Assembly (NCBI GenBank): GCA_964629655.1
Contig: CAZVQU010000002.1
Span: forward strand, 396,878-460,877
DNA length: 64,000 nucleotides
From: an uncultured Planctomycetia bacterium
GTDB taxonomy: Bacteria > Omnitrophota > Gorgyraeia > Duberdicusellales > 4484-171
Direction of reading: 5' to 3'
Of this stretch, positions 33,298 to 44,500 are shown piece after piece. How positions within the stretch are numbered: the first letter of the stretch is position 1; the number at the start of each line of letters is the position of its first letter. The translations under genes and the position numbers were made by a program. Below the pieces are notes generated by a model that worked only from the letters and a program-made list of their open reading frames with translations, was not told the origin of the DNA and searched no databases.

Positions 33298-34698
33298 TTA
33301 AAGAATAGAAACATCCCCTTTGTCTTTTACCGGCAGCTTTACGATTAATTTTGTCCCACGACCAGGCGAAGTATCCACAGTCATTTTTCCGCCTAATAAT
33401 TCTGTTCTTTCACGCAAACCCAAAAGGCCCAATTTGAGTTTATCCTCTTTGCGCCGACGGGCAAACGGTTGTCTATAGTCAAACCCTATACCATCATCAG
33501 CAACAGTAAGGCAAACCGTATCGCCCTTTTTCTCTAAGGAAATCTTTGCTTTCTTAGCCTGTGAATGTTTAACGATATTGGTTAAACCCTCCTGAGCTAC
33601 CCGATAAAGAATAAGCGAATATTCACCGGGCAAATTTAAAGGCTTGGCTGGTAAACTTGAACTAAATTTAATCGAAGATATCGGTTTGTATTGAAAAATA
33701 AGACCGGCGATTGTATCGATTAATCCTACTTCTTCTAAGGCCGGCGGACGAAGAAGCTCAGCAATATTGTGACTTTTGTCTATTAAACCGGAGAGAATTT
33801 TTTTGCTTTGAGCAATGTCTTTCTTTGCTTCCTTATTTGAAGGAGTGAGTTTCTTATCAATAATGTCTGCATAAATCATTAAAGCACTTAGATCCTGACC
33901 CATCTGATCATGAACTTGAAAAGAAAGATTCTGGCGCTCTAACTCCTCGGCTCTAATCATCTTCTGAACTAGCTTTTTCCGCCTTTCCTGTCCGCTCTTA
34001 TGGTTACGATAGATGACCCAAGCGGTTTCACCGCCAAGGCCTAAGCCTAAAATTAAAGACCAGATTAAAAGCTTTATTGCCCGTTTCTTAGCCAGCTCGG
34101 CTAAGCGCAACTGCTCTTCCACAGCCTCTAGGTTAGTCTTCTGAATATTGCCGTCAATAAATTCATCGATTTTATACAACTTGTTTTCAAAGACCATCAC
34201 CAACTTATTTATAGTATCTTCTATCTTTTCCCTTTTTGGCCCTTTGGTATTCTCTAGGCGGTCAGCTGAATTAATAATCTTTTCCCCGATACCATACAGC
34301 TCTTGCTCCAGCTTCCTAACCTGTTCAATCCACTGACGCTCAATTGCTGTACGGGCAAAAGAAGTATAGCTAACTAACTGGTGTTGGAAATCAATCCTGG
34401 CAGTACTAATTGCTTCCCGGTTTGCCGCACCTTTGACAGCCCCAAGATATCTGGCGCTACGCCAAAAGATATAATTACGGACACCCCTCGCGTATGAGCT
34501 ATTATCTATACGCATCTCCAAGGCAGCCTTTTGAAGAGGAAAATAGTGCTTTCCTAGATCCTCTACACTTTTACTCAAAAATTGAATTTGAAAAATTCCG
34601 ATACAGCCAATGGCCACCATGAGAAAAAGCAACGCACTAAATCCACCGACTAATCTCCAATCAACTAGGTATCTCTTCATAAAACCTGGGTATAGCAC
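33298..34698 (-). CDS. sensor histidine kinase, HisKA_3/NarX-like, with an extracytoplasmic sensor domain between two TM helices (466 aa)
   Basis: TM1 (GGFSALLFLMVAIGCIGIF), a sensor domain of about 170 aa, and TM2 (LLIWSLILGLGLGG). H-box HDQMGQDLSAL. HATPase_c N/G boxes (LTNIVKHSQA...DDGIGFD...GLLGLRERTELLGG). Confidence 0.85.
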   Translation of the reverse strand: MLYPGFMKRYLVDWRLVGGFSALLFLMVAIGCIGIFQIQFLSKSVEDLGKHYFPLQKAALEMRIDNSSYARGVRNYIFWRSARYLGAVKGAANREAISTARIDFQHQLVSYTSFARTAIERQWIEQVRKLEQELYGIGEKIINSADRLENTKGPKREKIEDTINKLVMVFENKLYKIDEFIDGNIQKTNLEAVEEQLRLAELAKKRAIKLLIWSLILGLGLGGETAWVIYRNHKSGQERRKKLVQKMIRAEELERQNLSFQVHDQMGQDLSALMIYADIIDKKLTPSNKEAKKDIAQSKKILSGLIDKSHNIAELLRPPALEEVGLIDTIAGLIFQYKPISSIKFSSSLPAKPLNLPGEYSLILYRVAQEGLTNIVKHSQAKKAKISLEKKGDTVCLTVADDGIGFDYRQPFARRRKEDKLKLGLLGLRERTELLGGKMTVDTSPGRGTKLIVKLPVKDKGDVSIL

Positions 34699-34755
34699 AA
34701 TAACTGAAAATTAAAATGGTTTTATCTTCTAATGTCAAACGTACAGGGGAAGGCT

Positions 34756-35682
34756 TTATTTAGTTTTACTTTCCCAATCCAATACCTTCCTGGCTTCAAC
34801 AATCCAGTACTCCACTCTCACTGCATCTTTGGCATCGGGACGAACTTCAAGGTAAGCCTGATAATGCTCAATGGCTTTTCTTTTATTAATCAGATGCTCA
34901 TCATAAAGAATAGCCAAGTTATAGTGGACGTCGGCATCGTTCGGCGCCGCCTCTAAGGCCTTTTTGTATTCGATTAATGCCTTTTTGTATTTCAAATCTT
35001 GGTCGTAGGCAAGGGCCTTATTGTAATGATGTTTTAAAGCTTGTTTCCGAAACTTCTCGTCTTCCAAGCTTACCGAATCTAGCTGATCACTTCCCTTGCC
35101 CCCGGCAATCTTGAATTCAACAATTGTCTGGCTGCTTTCATCTAATTTTTCTAGGAGTTCTTTATTCTTTTCTATTGATTCTTCTAACTTTACCTCAGCA
35201 TTCTTCACCTGTTCCTCTAGCGCCTTTTTGTCAATAATAAATTCCACCATTTTTGAGTCGGCTTTTTTCTTAAAATCTTTCTCTCTGGATTCAACTTTAA
35301 GCTCATATAGCTTAATCTGCTTCTGATGTAATTTTTTTATCTCGGCTAAGGCGTCTTCTAAATCTTCTTTTCCGGCGGCTAAGGCCTCTTGCTGCTTCAC
35401 GAGGCTTTCTTTGGTCCGGATAATTTCTGCGATTTGTTCTTTCTGCAAAGCCATCTTGCTATTCAAACTTTCTTTTTCGGTAACAAAAAGAATATTCTTC
35501 TGATTCGCTTCAAGAAGCTCAATCTTTGCATCCTCTAGGCCCCGGCTTTTATCTTTTAGGTCTTGCTCTAAGAGCTTCACTTCGTCTACTAACTTGTTGT
35601 TAGCCATATAGACACTAACAACCAGCCCTGCGCATATTACCACTAATCCAATTCCTATACCTAGCCACTTGTTTTTATTCAT
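34756..35682 (-). CDS. membrane-anchored coiled-coil protein with a C-terminal TPR (308 aa); short paralog of the 2,263-aa protein
   Basis: N-terminal TM (WLGIGIGLVVICAGLVVSVYMA) and a long heptad-rich helical segment. The C-terminal TPR (ALAYDQDLKYKKALIEYKKALEAAPNDADVHYNLAILYDEHLINKRKAIEHYQAYLEVRP) is nearly the same as the C-terminus of the ORF at 38534-45325. It overlaps the secretin stop by 4 nt. Confidence 0.75.
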   Translation of the reverse strand: MNKNKWLGIGIGLVVICAGLVVSVYMANNKLVDEVKLLEQDLKDKSRGLEDAKIELLEANQKNILFVTEKESLNSKMALQKEQIAEIIRTKESLVKQQEALAAGKEDLEDALAEIKKLHQKQIKLYELKVESREKDFKKKADSKMVEFIIDKKALEEQVKNAEVKLEESIEKNKELLEKLDESSQTIVEFKIAGGKGSDQLDSVSLEDEKFRKQALKHHYNKALAYDQDLKYKKALIEYKKALEAAPNDADVHYNLAILYDEHLINKRKAIEHYQAYLEVRPDAKDAVRVEYWIVEARKVLDWESKTK

Positions 35683-37406
35683 TCTTTCTCCGGTTTCCTT
35701 GTTTTTCCATGGTTTTTCAAATAAAGCAGCTCTTCTTTTCCGGTTATAATATGCGGAGTGAGAAATACTACTAATTCCTTCATCTCCTTGGTGTTATATC
35801 TAGATTTAAAAGCGTTTCCCAAAACCGGAATATCGCTTAAAAAAGGTATCCTACTTTCAGAATCACTTATAGATTCCTTAATCATTCCGGCAATAATTAT
35901 CGTCTTCCCGTCTTGGATCAAGACAGTTGTCTCAGCATTAGATGTGTCTACCTCGGGCAGGCTAATTTGTGCTACTCCATCTTCATCCAATATCTCAAAC
36001 CAATCTATTAGTGTGCTAACTTCAGGTTTAATATGCATCTTTACTAAATCATCTTGATAAATCGTAGGCGTAACAGCAAGGGTTACGCCGACATCCACGA
36101 ATTCTGCAGTCCAGGAAGTAGTAGCTGTAGTTTCACTCTGAGAAACTGTGCTGGTAGCATAAGGCTGGCGCGTACCGACCATAATCGTAGCCTCTTCATT
36201 ATTACAAACAGCAATATGAGGAGAAGAAACAATTTTAACCTCACCGACCTCTTTTAAAAAAGTAAGAATCTGTTGAGTCCTGGTAGGGTCTAATCCTCCA
36301 GAATTCCAAGCTTCTGAAGTTGTCCCTTCGCCGGTATAAAATCCCTCTCGCCATTGCCCTACAGAAACCCTGCCATAAGAACTTGTTATCCCCGAAGCCG
36401 GGAAAGCACCTACAAGCTTTATATTCTTATCTGTAGTAGTAAACAGTGACTCCCAATTTACGCCAAAAGAATAATCATCACTTAAGGTTATCTCGACAAT
36501 CTTTGCTTCAATAAATATTTCTTTTGGCGGAGTATCGAAAGTAACAATCATCTCTGTAATCTCTTCAATCTTATTAGGCAAATCATTTACAATTATTTTA
36601 TTTGTCCTCTCATCGGCGCGAGCAGAGCCAAAACCTTCGGTCAAGACTGCAGTTACCTTTATTAGGATATCCGCAGCCTTAGAATACTTTAGCTCAAACA
36701 CTTTGGTAGTCGTAGGCGATGTTTTTTTAATAATACCTTCATCGAGACTAAACGCAGCTTTTTCCATTTCTCTTATCTTCTCCGGCGTATCTATTAAGAT
36801 AAGGCTGCCGGTAGCGTCGTCCATAATAATCTTACCGATAGAACTTTTAATGTTTGTCAAAGCCTCTCCGGCTTTTGTCGGCTTTATATACTTTAACTTC
36901 AAAGTCTTAACTTCTCCCTTGTTGGTATATTTCTCCCCATAGAGCGCTTCATACTCTGCCTCAGTCAATATGGTAATAATGTTTTTCTTTTTTTCACAAG
37001 CCAGTTTATTAGTAAGCAAGATTACATCCAGTGTGTCAGCGATAGTTACATCTTTTAGAAACAGGGTTATCCTTCCAGAAACATTTTTACTGGTAACAAT
37101 ATTCAAACCGCCTTTCAGTGATAAAAACTTAATAGTATCAACTATATCCATACCCCGTAAATCCAGCGATATTTTCTTAGCCAGGCCTTCTTCCATAGTA
37201 AGAGGGACTTTCTCAATATCCGAAGACTTATCGGTTAAGTCTTCTCCGGTGATAAGAGAGGTTTCGAGATCCAAAGACTCCTCAGTAGGTGAAACCGTCT
37301 CTTTAGAAGCAGCTGAAGTAGTCTCCTCAAGAGATTGAGCCTGTCCTGCTCCAGCGACTAAGCCAACAACAACCAATATTAACACTATCCAATTTATCTT
37401 TCTCAT
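35679..37406 (-). CDS. secretin, GspD/PilQ family (575 aa), copy 1
   Basis: Signal peptide, two Secretin_N-like domains (…TNKIIVNDLPNKIEEITEMI…), and a C-terminal secretin domain (VSSPHIAVCNNEEATIMVGTRQPY…GVTLAVTPTI…ETTVLIQDGKTIIIAGMI…IPFLSDIPVLGNAFKS…ELVVFLTPHII). Confidence 0.85.
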   Translation of the reverse strand: MRKINWIVLILVVVGLVAGAGQAQSLEETTSAASKETVSPTEESLDLETSLITGEDLTDKSSDIEKVPLTMEEGLAKKISLDLRGMDIVDTIKFLSLKGGLNIVTSKNVSGRITLFLKDVTIADTLDVILLTNKLACEKKKNIITILTEAEYEALYGEKYTNKGEVKTLKLKYIKPTKAGEALTNIKSSIGKIIMDDATGSLILIDTPEKIREMEKAAFSLDEGIIKKTSPTTTKVFELKYSKAADILIKVTAVLTEGFGSARADERTNKIIVNDLPNKIEEITEMIVTFDTPPKEIFIEAKIVEITLSDDYSFGVNWESLFTTTDKNIKLVGAFPASGITSSYGRVSVGQWREGFYTGEGTTSEAWNSGGLDPTRTQQILTFLKEVGEVKIVSSPHIAVCNNEEATIMVGTRQPYATSTVSQSETTATTSWTAEFVDVGVTLAVTPTIYQDDLVKMHIKPEVSTLIDWFEILDEDGVAQISLPEVDTSNAETTVLIQDGKTIIIAGMIKESISDSESRIPFLSDIPVLGNAFKSRYNTKEMKELVVFLTPHIITGKEELLYLKNHGKTRKPEKE

Positions 37407-38056
37407 ATCAGTTCGATCTCCCCTCCCTCAAAGCTCAAAATAACTCGATCTTTTAAAATATCTTCTATCTTAAACTTATTGATCTTCATACCTTTCTTAA
37501 GAAAGTATGTTTTCTTAGTCTTGCTATCCTCAATCATTGCCACTGGATCTTTGCTCCAAGATATGCCTACTAAGTCTAATTCTCCGATCATTTCCTGCAA
37601 CTGTTTTTTTTTAACTTCCTTATTACTTTTAGTTTCCTTGAGCGCTATCGGACTAAAGATGTTCCTACGGTTAACCATTTCGAAATAATGTAAGAACGGA
37701 CGGGCCTCGGATACCTCCTTCTGCTCAGACTGCCTCCATTTCATCAACCGGCTCTTTTCGTAAACTGCTTTTATATCGGGACGGCCGAAAACAAAAGCCA
37801 CTACTGCATAGCCTAGAAGAACCACCGATAGAACAAAAAAAACTCTGTTTAAAGTCTTCAAGTTAGGGTCTCTCAAACCCTTGATTAATCTTGTCAAGGG
37901 CCGGCTTATGCCTTTGGTCAAAAAACGCCAGAAACCTTTTAGGCCGCTGAAATTTAAAAACAGCTTCTTTTTCTGTCTGAATTTTGCGACTTCGTCGCCT
38001 TTGTCTATCAGCCTTAATAGCTGTTCTTCAGGAGTAAATCCTTGTTTTGCCATCAT
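37403..38056 (-). CDS. hypothetical single-pass membrane protein (217 aa), possibly a secretin-associated inner-membrane component (PilP/GspC-like C-terminal beta domain, tentative)
   Basis: Central TM (VFFVLSVVLLGYAVVAFVF). The C-terminal KKTYFLKKGMKINKFKIEDILKDRVILSFEGGEIELI is beta-rich. 4-nt overlap with the secretin start. It is absent from the paralogous copy-2 module. Confidence 0.5.
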   Translation of the reverse strand: MMAKQGFTPEEQLLRLIDKGDEVAKFRQKKKLFLNFSGLKGFWRFLTKGISRPLTRLIKGLRDPNLKTLNRVFFVLSVVLLGYAVVAFVFGRPDIKAVYEKSRLMKWRQSEQKEVSEARPFLHYFEMVNRRNIFSPIALKETKSNKEVKKKQLQEMIGELDLVGISWSKDPVAMIEDSKTKKTYFLKKGMKINKFKIEDILKDRVILSFEGGEIELI

Positions 38057-38150
38057 AATTTTGCCCTAGAGTTAACGATTTCTCCTATGATTTTTTTATC
38101 CCCAACAGATTCATTTTCCTTATCTAAACCAAAAATCTGATAGTAACCCA

Positions 38151-38378
38151 TCAAATGCCCTCTAACTGTTTTCTAATTAAACGTAAAGGATAACCTTCAT
38201 TCATAAGCCGGGTTATCTTAGCCAACCTTCTTCTGACCTCAGCCTGATTATACATCCGCACATTGCCTTTTTTGGTTGCTATGCGCAAAAGGCCGAAATT
38301 AGTGTAGTGATTAACAGTCTGGTAAGTAATGCGGTACTTTTTTGTAATCTCCTGGGCTGATATTAGCTTACCATCCAT
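38151..38378 (-). CDS. small MerR-like (BldC/excisionase-type) HTH DNA-binding protein, 75 aa, copy 1
   Basis: ISAQEITKKYRITYQTVNHYTNFGLLRI..KKGNVRMYNQAEVRRRLAKITRLMNEGYPLRLIRKQL matches the MerR N-terminal HTH-wing. There is no effector domain. The DNA is 100% identical to the copy at 47268-47495. Confidence 0.7.
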   Translation of the reverse strand: MDGKLISAQEITKKYRITYQTVNHYTNFGLLRIATKKGNVRMYNQAEVRRRLAKITRLMNEGYPLRLIRKQLEGI

Positions 38379-38533
38379 ATTAGCTTTTCCGTACTTTCTT
38401 AGGTATTAATATACTTATGGTAACTACAATAGATATGGTTATCATTGTATATACTACAACCTTCTTATATTACCACAGCCTTTCGCTTATTCTCTCCGTG
38501 GTGTTTATCGCTTAGACCGAATCTAGACAATGA

Positions 38534-41500
38534 TTAATCCCAAGAATCCCACTCTAAGGCTTGGCGGGCCTTAATTATCCAACCAGCCACTTGCGACTCA
38601 TCTTCAGCAACAGGCTTGAGATCAAGGTATTCCTGATAATGCTGGATAGCCTTTCTTTTCTCATTTAGATGGTCATCATAGATAAGAGCTAAATTGTAGT
38701 GGGCATCAGCATCGTTAGGGTTAATTTTCAACACCTCTTCATATTCCATGGCAGCTTCGTGATACCTTTCGTTGTAGTCGAGTTCGAAAGCCTGGTAATA
38801 GTGTTGGCTGAGAAGATTCTCATCTATCTCTTCCTCCTTTTTGAAAACTTTTTCTTTGATCATCCGAGCTTGAGACAAATTCTTCCACTGCCTCGTCTTC
38901 TTTCTCTTCTCAGATAATATTTCCTTCATTTCTTGGTTAGCCCGGGCAGCATCTCGTTCGGCCTTTTCTATTTTGGCAAACTCCTTTTTCCTCTTAGCTT
39001 CCAACACTTCCATCTCAAGTCCCCACTTTTCTTCACCCCAATCACTAAATTTCTTATGCAAAATTGTAAAAGAGGTTTTAAGATTTCCGAATGCTGTGTT
39101 TACTAGAGTCTCCTGATCTTTGATATCTTTAAGGTTTTTCTGTGCAACTTCTAAATCATTCTGGATAGGAATTATCTCTTTTTCAACATCTTCAAGACTT
39201 TTGCGGATCTTCGGCAACTTCACTTGAAGTGATTTTTCTTTTTCGTTAAGTTTTTCTAATCCTGTTTCTTCTTCCTCCAGGGATTTACCCAAATTAATTA
39301 TTCTCTTTTGCGATCCATCAATTTCTGCCTTTTTTTCTGAAATTTCAAATTCCAATTGTTCCTGCTTTCTACCTAATCTTGCTACTTTCGTCTCTTGGTC
39401 TTCAGTCAGTTTATTGAACTCATAGATATCTACCTTAATTACCTCTCTTTCTCTTACAAATTGGTCAGCCTTTCTTTTAAAATCTCTCTTTTGAATCGTA
39501 AGTTCTCCCAACCGGCTGGTAGAACCAGCTAGGCGCACAGCCACCTCTTCTATTTCCTTTTGAATTACCCTCTCATCTTTCTTCAAGTTATCGAGCTCAA
39601 TCTTAAAAGCCTTCTCCTGCCTACCTAGCTGCTCTTCCTGAACCCAGGTTTTATCGATAAGGCGATTTATCATAGTTATTTTTTGTTGGGATCCCCGACG
39701 CCGGGAGGTTATCTCAGAGAGTTTGTTTTCCTGAATCTGTTCATCCTTGTCTAGAAAAATGAGCTTTTCTTCAGCTTCAGCTAAAGAAGCGGTGGCCTCA
39801 ATTATCTGGTTGGCCAAAAACTCTTTTTCAGTATTAAAGCTCTGAAATTCCTTATTGATCCGGGCTTGTTCACGGACAAATCCATCTTGTTTCTTTTTCT
39901 CCTGATCGATCCGGGAGGATATCTGGGAGATGCTCAGATCGAATCCCAGGGTTGCATTCTTGAATTCATCCTTCTGCCGGGATATTTCTTCTTCCCTATT
40001 AAGCTTCTCTTGGGCCAAGTCTTTTTGAAACCGACTTATCTTAACTTGTGACTCTTTCTGGAAAACTAATATCTGATTAAGTTCGGATTTAAGGGCTTGC
40101 TGTTTTTGGATTAGCTCACTAATTTTTACCGTATAACCTTTTAACCCTTTTTCTCCGGCCTCGATAGCGCCTTTTAAATCTTGTTGTTGAGTAGTTAGGG
40201 TTATGATCTCTTCGGTCAAGGCGTTCTTTTCTAAAGATAGTTTATTTTGGAAGGATTTTTCTTGGTTGAAGGAACGAGATGTTTTCTCTATTTCGGCCTG
40301 GATATCTTCTCTGCTTTTTACCACCGAATCCATCTCAGCCTGAAGAAGTTTCTCCTGTCTACTTAGCCGCTCTCCGGCCTGCTTATTCTTTTTTAAACCA
40401 GTGAGCTTTTCTTTAGCTCTAGCTAAAGAAGCGATGGCATCAGTTATCTGTTTGGCCAAAATCTCTTTGTCAGCCTTAAAGCTATTGAATTCCTCATTGA
40501 TTCGGGGCTGTCGGCGGATAAGCTCATCTTGTTTCTTTTTCGCCTGGTTAATCCGGGATGATATCTGAGGAATATCCATACCAATAAGTTCTATATTCTT
40601 TTCTATCCCTGATAGAGTAACGATAAAAGCTTTTTCCCTTTCTAAAGATTGGGATTGCTCTTGCTCTGCCTGCTCTTTTTGAACTAAAAAGTCTTCGCTC
40701 TTGTTTTTAAGAATTTGTAATTCTTTTTGCAATAACTCAAGACGACTGGTCAGCTTTTTCTCTTCGGATACAATCTCAGCTTCCTCAACCTGAGCTTTAT
40801 CGATAAGATCACTTAGCATAATTATCTTTTGTTGGTATTCCTGACTCTGGGAGGCTATCTGGGAAAGTTTATCTTTCTGAACTTGTTGATCCTTTTTAAA
40901 ACCAGTGAGTTTTTCTTTGGCTTTAGCTAAAGAAGCAGTGGCATCAGTTATCTGTTTGGCCAAAATCTTTTTGTCAGCCTTAGAGTTATGAGATTCCTCA
41001 TTGATCCGGGTTTGATTCCTAGTAAGCTCATCTTGTTTCTTTTTCGCCTGGTCGATCCAGGAGGATGTCTGGGAAATATCTATGCCAATAAATTCTATAT
41101 TCTTCTCTATCTCTGATAAGGTAATGACAGAAGCTTTCTCTCTTTCTAAAGATTGGGGTTGCTCTTTTTCAGCCAAGAAGTCTTTATTCCTGTTTTTAAA
41201 AGTTTTTAATTCTTTTTGTAATAACCCAAGCCGCCTGGTCAGCTTTTTCTCTTCGGATACAATCTCAGCTTCCTCAACCTGAGCTTTATCGATAAGATGA
41301 CTTAGCATAACTATTTTTTGTTGGTATTCCTGACTCTGGGAGGCTATCTGGGAAAGTTTATTTTTCCGAGCCTGTTGATCATTCTTTAAAACAGTGAGTC
41401 TTTCTTTAGCTTTAGCTAAAGAAGCAACGCCTTCAGTTATCTGTTTGGCCAAAATCTCTTTGTCAGCCTTAGAGCTATGAAATTCTTCATTGATTCGGTT

Positions 41501-44500
41501 TTGATTCCTAGTAAGCTCATCTTGTTTCTTTTTCGCCTGGTTGAACCGGGAGGATATCTGGGAAATATCTATGCCAATGAGTTCTATGTTCTTTTCTATC
41601 CCTGATAGAGTAACGATAAAAGCTTTTTCTCTTTCTAAAGATTGGGAAGCCTGAATTTTTTTATCATCAATGTCATTAAGGATATCTACTATTTCCCTCT
41701 GTATAGCTTCCCTATCAGTAGTAAGTTTTGTAAGAGCGACTCTTTTATCAACTTCTTTTTCAGGGCTAAGTTTAGAAATTTTATCCTGCATTTTTCGTTC
41801 TTGAATAACAATCTTTCTTTCAGCACTCTTTTTTGTTTTTAAAAGGGAACTCAACCTTTTCATTTCATCCTTGCCTACTTTTCCTAAAATAAGAAGCACC
41901 TCAGCTAGTCCTGCTTCTGAAGTTTCTCTATTGCCAATTAATACCTGCCTTGCATTTCTCTTTTCTTCCAACAGCGCCTTCAATTTTAACAGCTTAATAT
42001 TGTTGTCTTTAATCTCTGACTTTATACTGGAAATTTTTAGCTTAGTAGAATCTTGATACGCAGAAATATCTTTATTAGCAGCTTGATGGATTTTTAATGT
42101 TTTATTCGCTTCGTCGATTTGACTTTTAATATTTTTTTCCGTACGAGTTAATCTTATCTCTTTTATTTTTAAAGAATCTTTAGTAATACTTAACTCACCG
42201 TAGGTATCTTTAGCTTCGGCAAAAAGATCTTTTAGCCTAACGATTTCGGCCTGGATATCTTCTCTGCTTTTTACCACCGAATCCATCTCAGCCTGAAGAA
42301 GTTTCTCCTGTTTACTTAGCCCCTCTCCGACCTGCTTATTCTTTTTTAAAACAGCGAGCTTCTTCTCAGCCTCAGCTATCTGTTTGGCCAAGTCCTCCTT
42401 CTCACCATCGATGTCATAAAGCTCCTCACTAATTCGAGGTTGTCGACGGATAAGCTCATCTTGCTTATTTCTTGCCTGGCTGATCCGAGAGGATATCTGG
42501 GAAATATCCATGCCAATGAGTTCCATATTCTTTTCTATCCCTGATAGAGTAACGATAACAGCTTTTTCTCCTTCTAAAGATTGGGATTGCTCTTGCTCTA
42601 CTTGCTCTTTTTGAACCAAGAAGTCTTTGCTCTTGTTTTTAAGAGTTTGTAATTCTTTTTGGAATAACTCAATCCGGCTAGTCAGCTTTTTCTCTTCGGA
42701 TACAGTCTCGTCTTCCTGAACTTGGGTTTTATGGATAAGGCGCTCTAGCATAGTTACTTTTTGTTGGTGTTCCTGACTCTGGGAGGCTATCTCGGAAAGT
42801 TTATCTTTCTGAACTTGTTGATCCTTTTTAAAAACAGTGAGTTTTTCTTTAGCTTTAGCTAAGGAAGCAGTAGCTTCAATTATCTGGCTGGCTAAAATCT
42901 CTTTATTGGTATTAAAACTATGGAATTCCTCACTAATACGGGGTTGTCTCCGGATAAGCCTATCTTGTTTCTTTTTCGCCTGGTTGAGCCGGGAGGATAT
43001 CTGGGAGACGTCCATATCAATGATTTCTATATTCTTCTCTATCCCCGATAAGGTAACGATAACAGCTTTTTCTCCTTCTAAAGATTGGGATTGCTCTTGC
43101 TCTACTTGCTCTTTTTGAACCAAGAAGTCTTTGCTCTTGTTTTTAAGAGTTTGTAATTCTTTTTGCAATAACTCAAGCCGGCTGGCCAGCTTCTTCTCTT
43201 CAGATACAATCCTAGACTCCCGAACCTGGGTTTTATAGATAAGGCGGTCTAGCATAGTTACTTTTTGTTGGGATTCCTGGCTCCGGGAGGTTACCTGGGA
43301 AAGTTTATCTTTCTGAACCTGTTGATCATTTTTTAAAACAGTGAGTTTTTCTTTGGCCTCGGCTAAAAAGGTAGTACCCTCAATTATCTGGTTGGTCAAA
43401 TCCTTTTTCTCAGCATCGATGTCATAAAGCTCCTCGTCAATCCGGGTTTGTTGCCGAGTAAGCTCAGCCTGTTTCTTTTTCTCCTGGTTGAGCAGGGAGG
43501 ATATCGGAGAGATGCTCAGATCGAATTCCAGGGTTGCATTCTTAAAATGCTCATCCTGCCAGGATATTTCTTTTTCCTTATTAAACTTCTCTTGGACCAA
43601 GTCATCTTGAAACCGTCTTATCTTAGCTTGTGATTCTTTCTGAAAAGTTAATATATGCTTCAGGCCGGATTCAAGGGATTTTTTCTTTTCCTTAATTAAA
43701 ATATTTCCTTTAGCTTGCTCTTTAGCTAAAACATTTATCTCTTCCTTTATCTCACCTATTCGCAGCTTGATATTTTCCTTTTCCTGTCCAAGAGAAACAA
43801 GGACTTCCTGAGTATTTTTATAGCCTTTAGAAATATTTTCTAGATGTGACTCCTCATCCTCTAACAAATCTTCTTGTTCTAATATCTCGCTTTTTAAAGC
43901 AGCTTTTTTACTGTCCACTATTGAAAGCTCGGCTAAAACCTCTCTTTGTTCTTTTAAAACCTTTTCTTTTTCCTGATTTTTTCCACTTATGTCGCTTTTT
44001 AGACTCTCTATCTCTTTCTGGATAATTCTTTCCTTTGAAAATATTTTTAGAGACACATGGCCTTTTTTTTCTTTGGTTTTAAGGATATTTTGTTGTTTAT
44101 CAAAAAATTCATTTTCAAGAAGCTTGACTGTTTTCTTAATATCTCTTATTCGTTTTCCTAAATCTGCAATTTCAGAATTAACCCTTAAAAGCTCTAACCC
44201 TGCTGGCTTTGCTCTTTCCTCCAACCTTGTCAAGAGTTGCCTTTCTTTTTCTAAGGAATTCTTAACATTCAATATGTTGGTTTCTGTATTTCTCTGCTCA
44301 GTAATATTTTTCGATATCTCTGCTACTGTTTCACTTTCTTGCCACAAGAGGTTTTGCTTAACTTTTTCTTTCTCGCCTAAAGCAGAATAAATATCTTCAA
44401 CCACGTCTCCAGCTAATTCTTTATCTCTCTCAATACCCATTAATTGTAGTGTCAGTTCTTTCTCCTGTTCATCCAATTCTTTTTCCTTCAAAGACCCTTC

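Noticed and set aside
34148-37338. Plus-strand ORFs inside the histidine kinase, the TPR protein and secretin copy 1 (34148-34336, 35096-35326, 35758-36257, 36703-37338), plus the matching set in secretin copy 2 (45630-47244)
   Set aside because: They are antisense to motif-bearing CDSs. The copy-2 set simply repeats the copy-1 set because the DNA is duplicated. No independent coding evidence.
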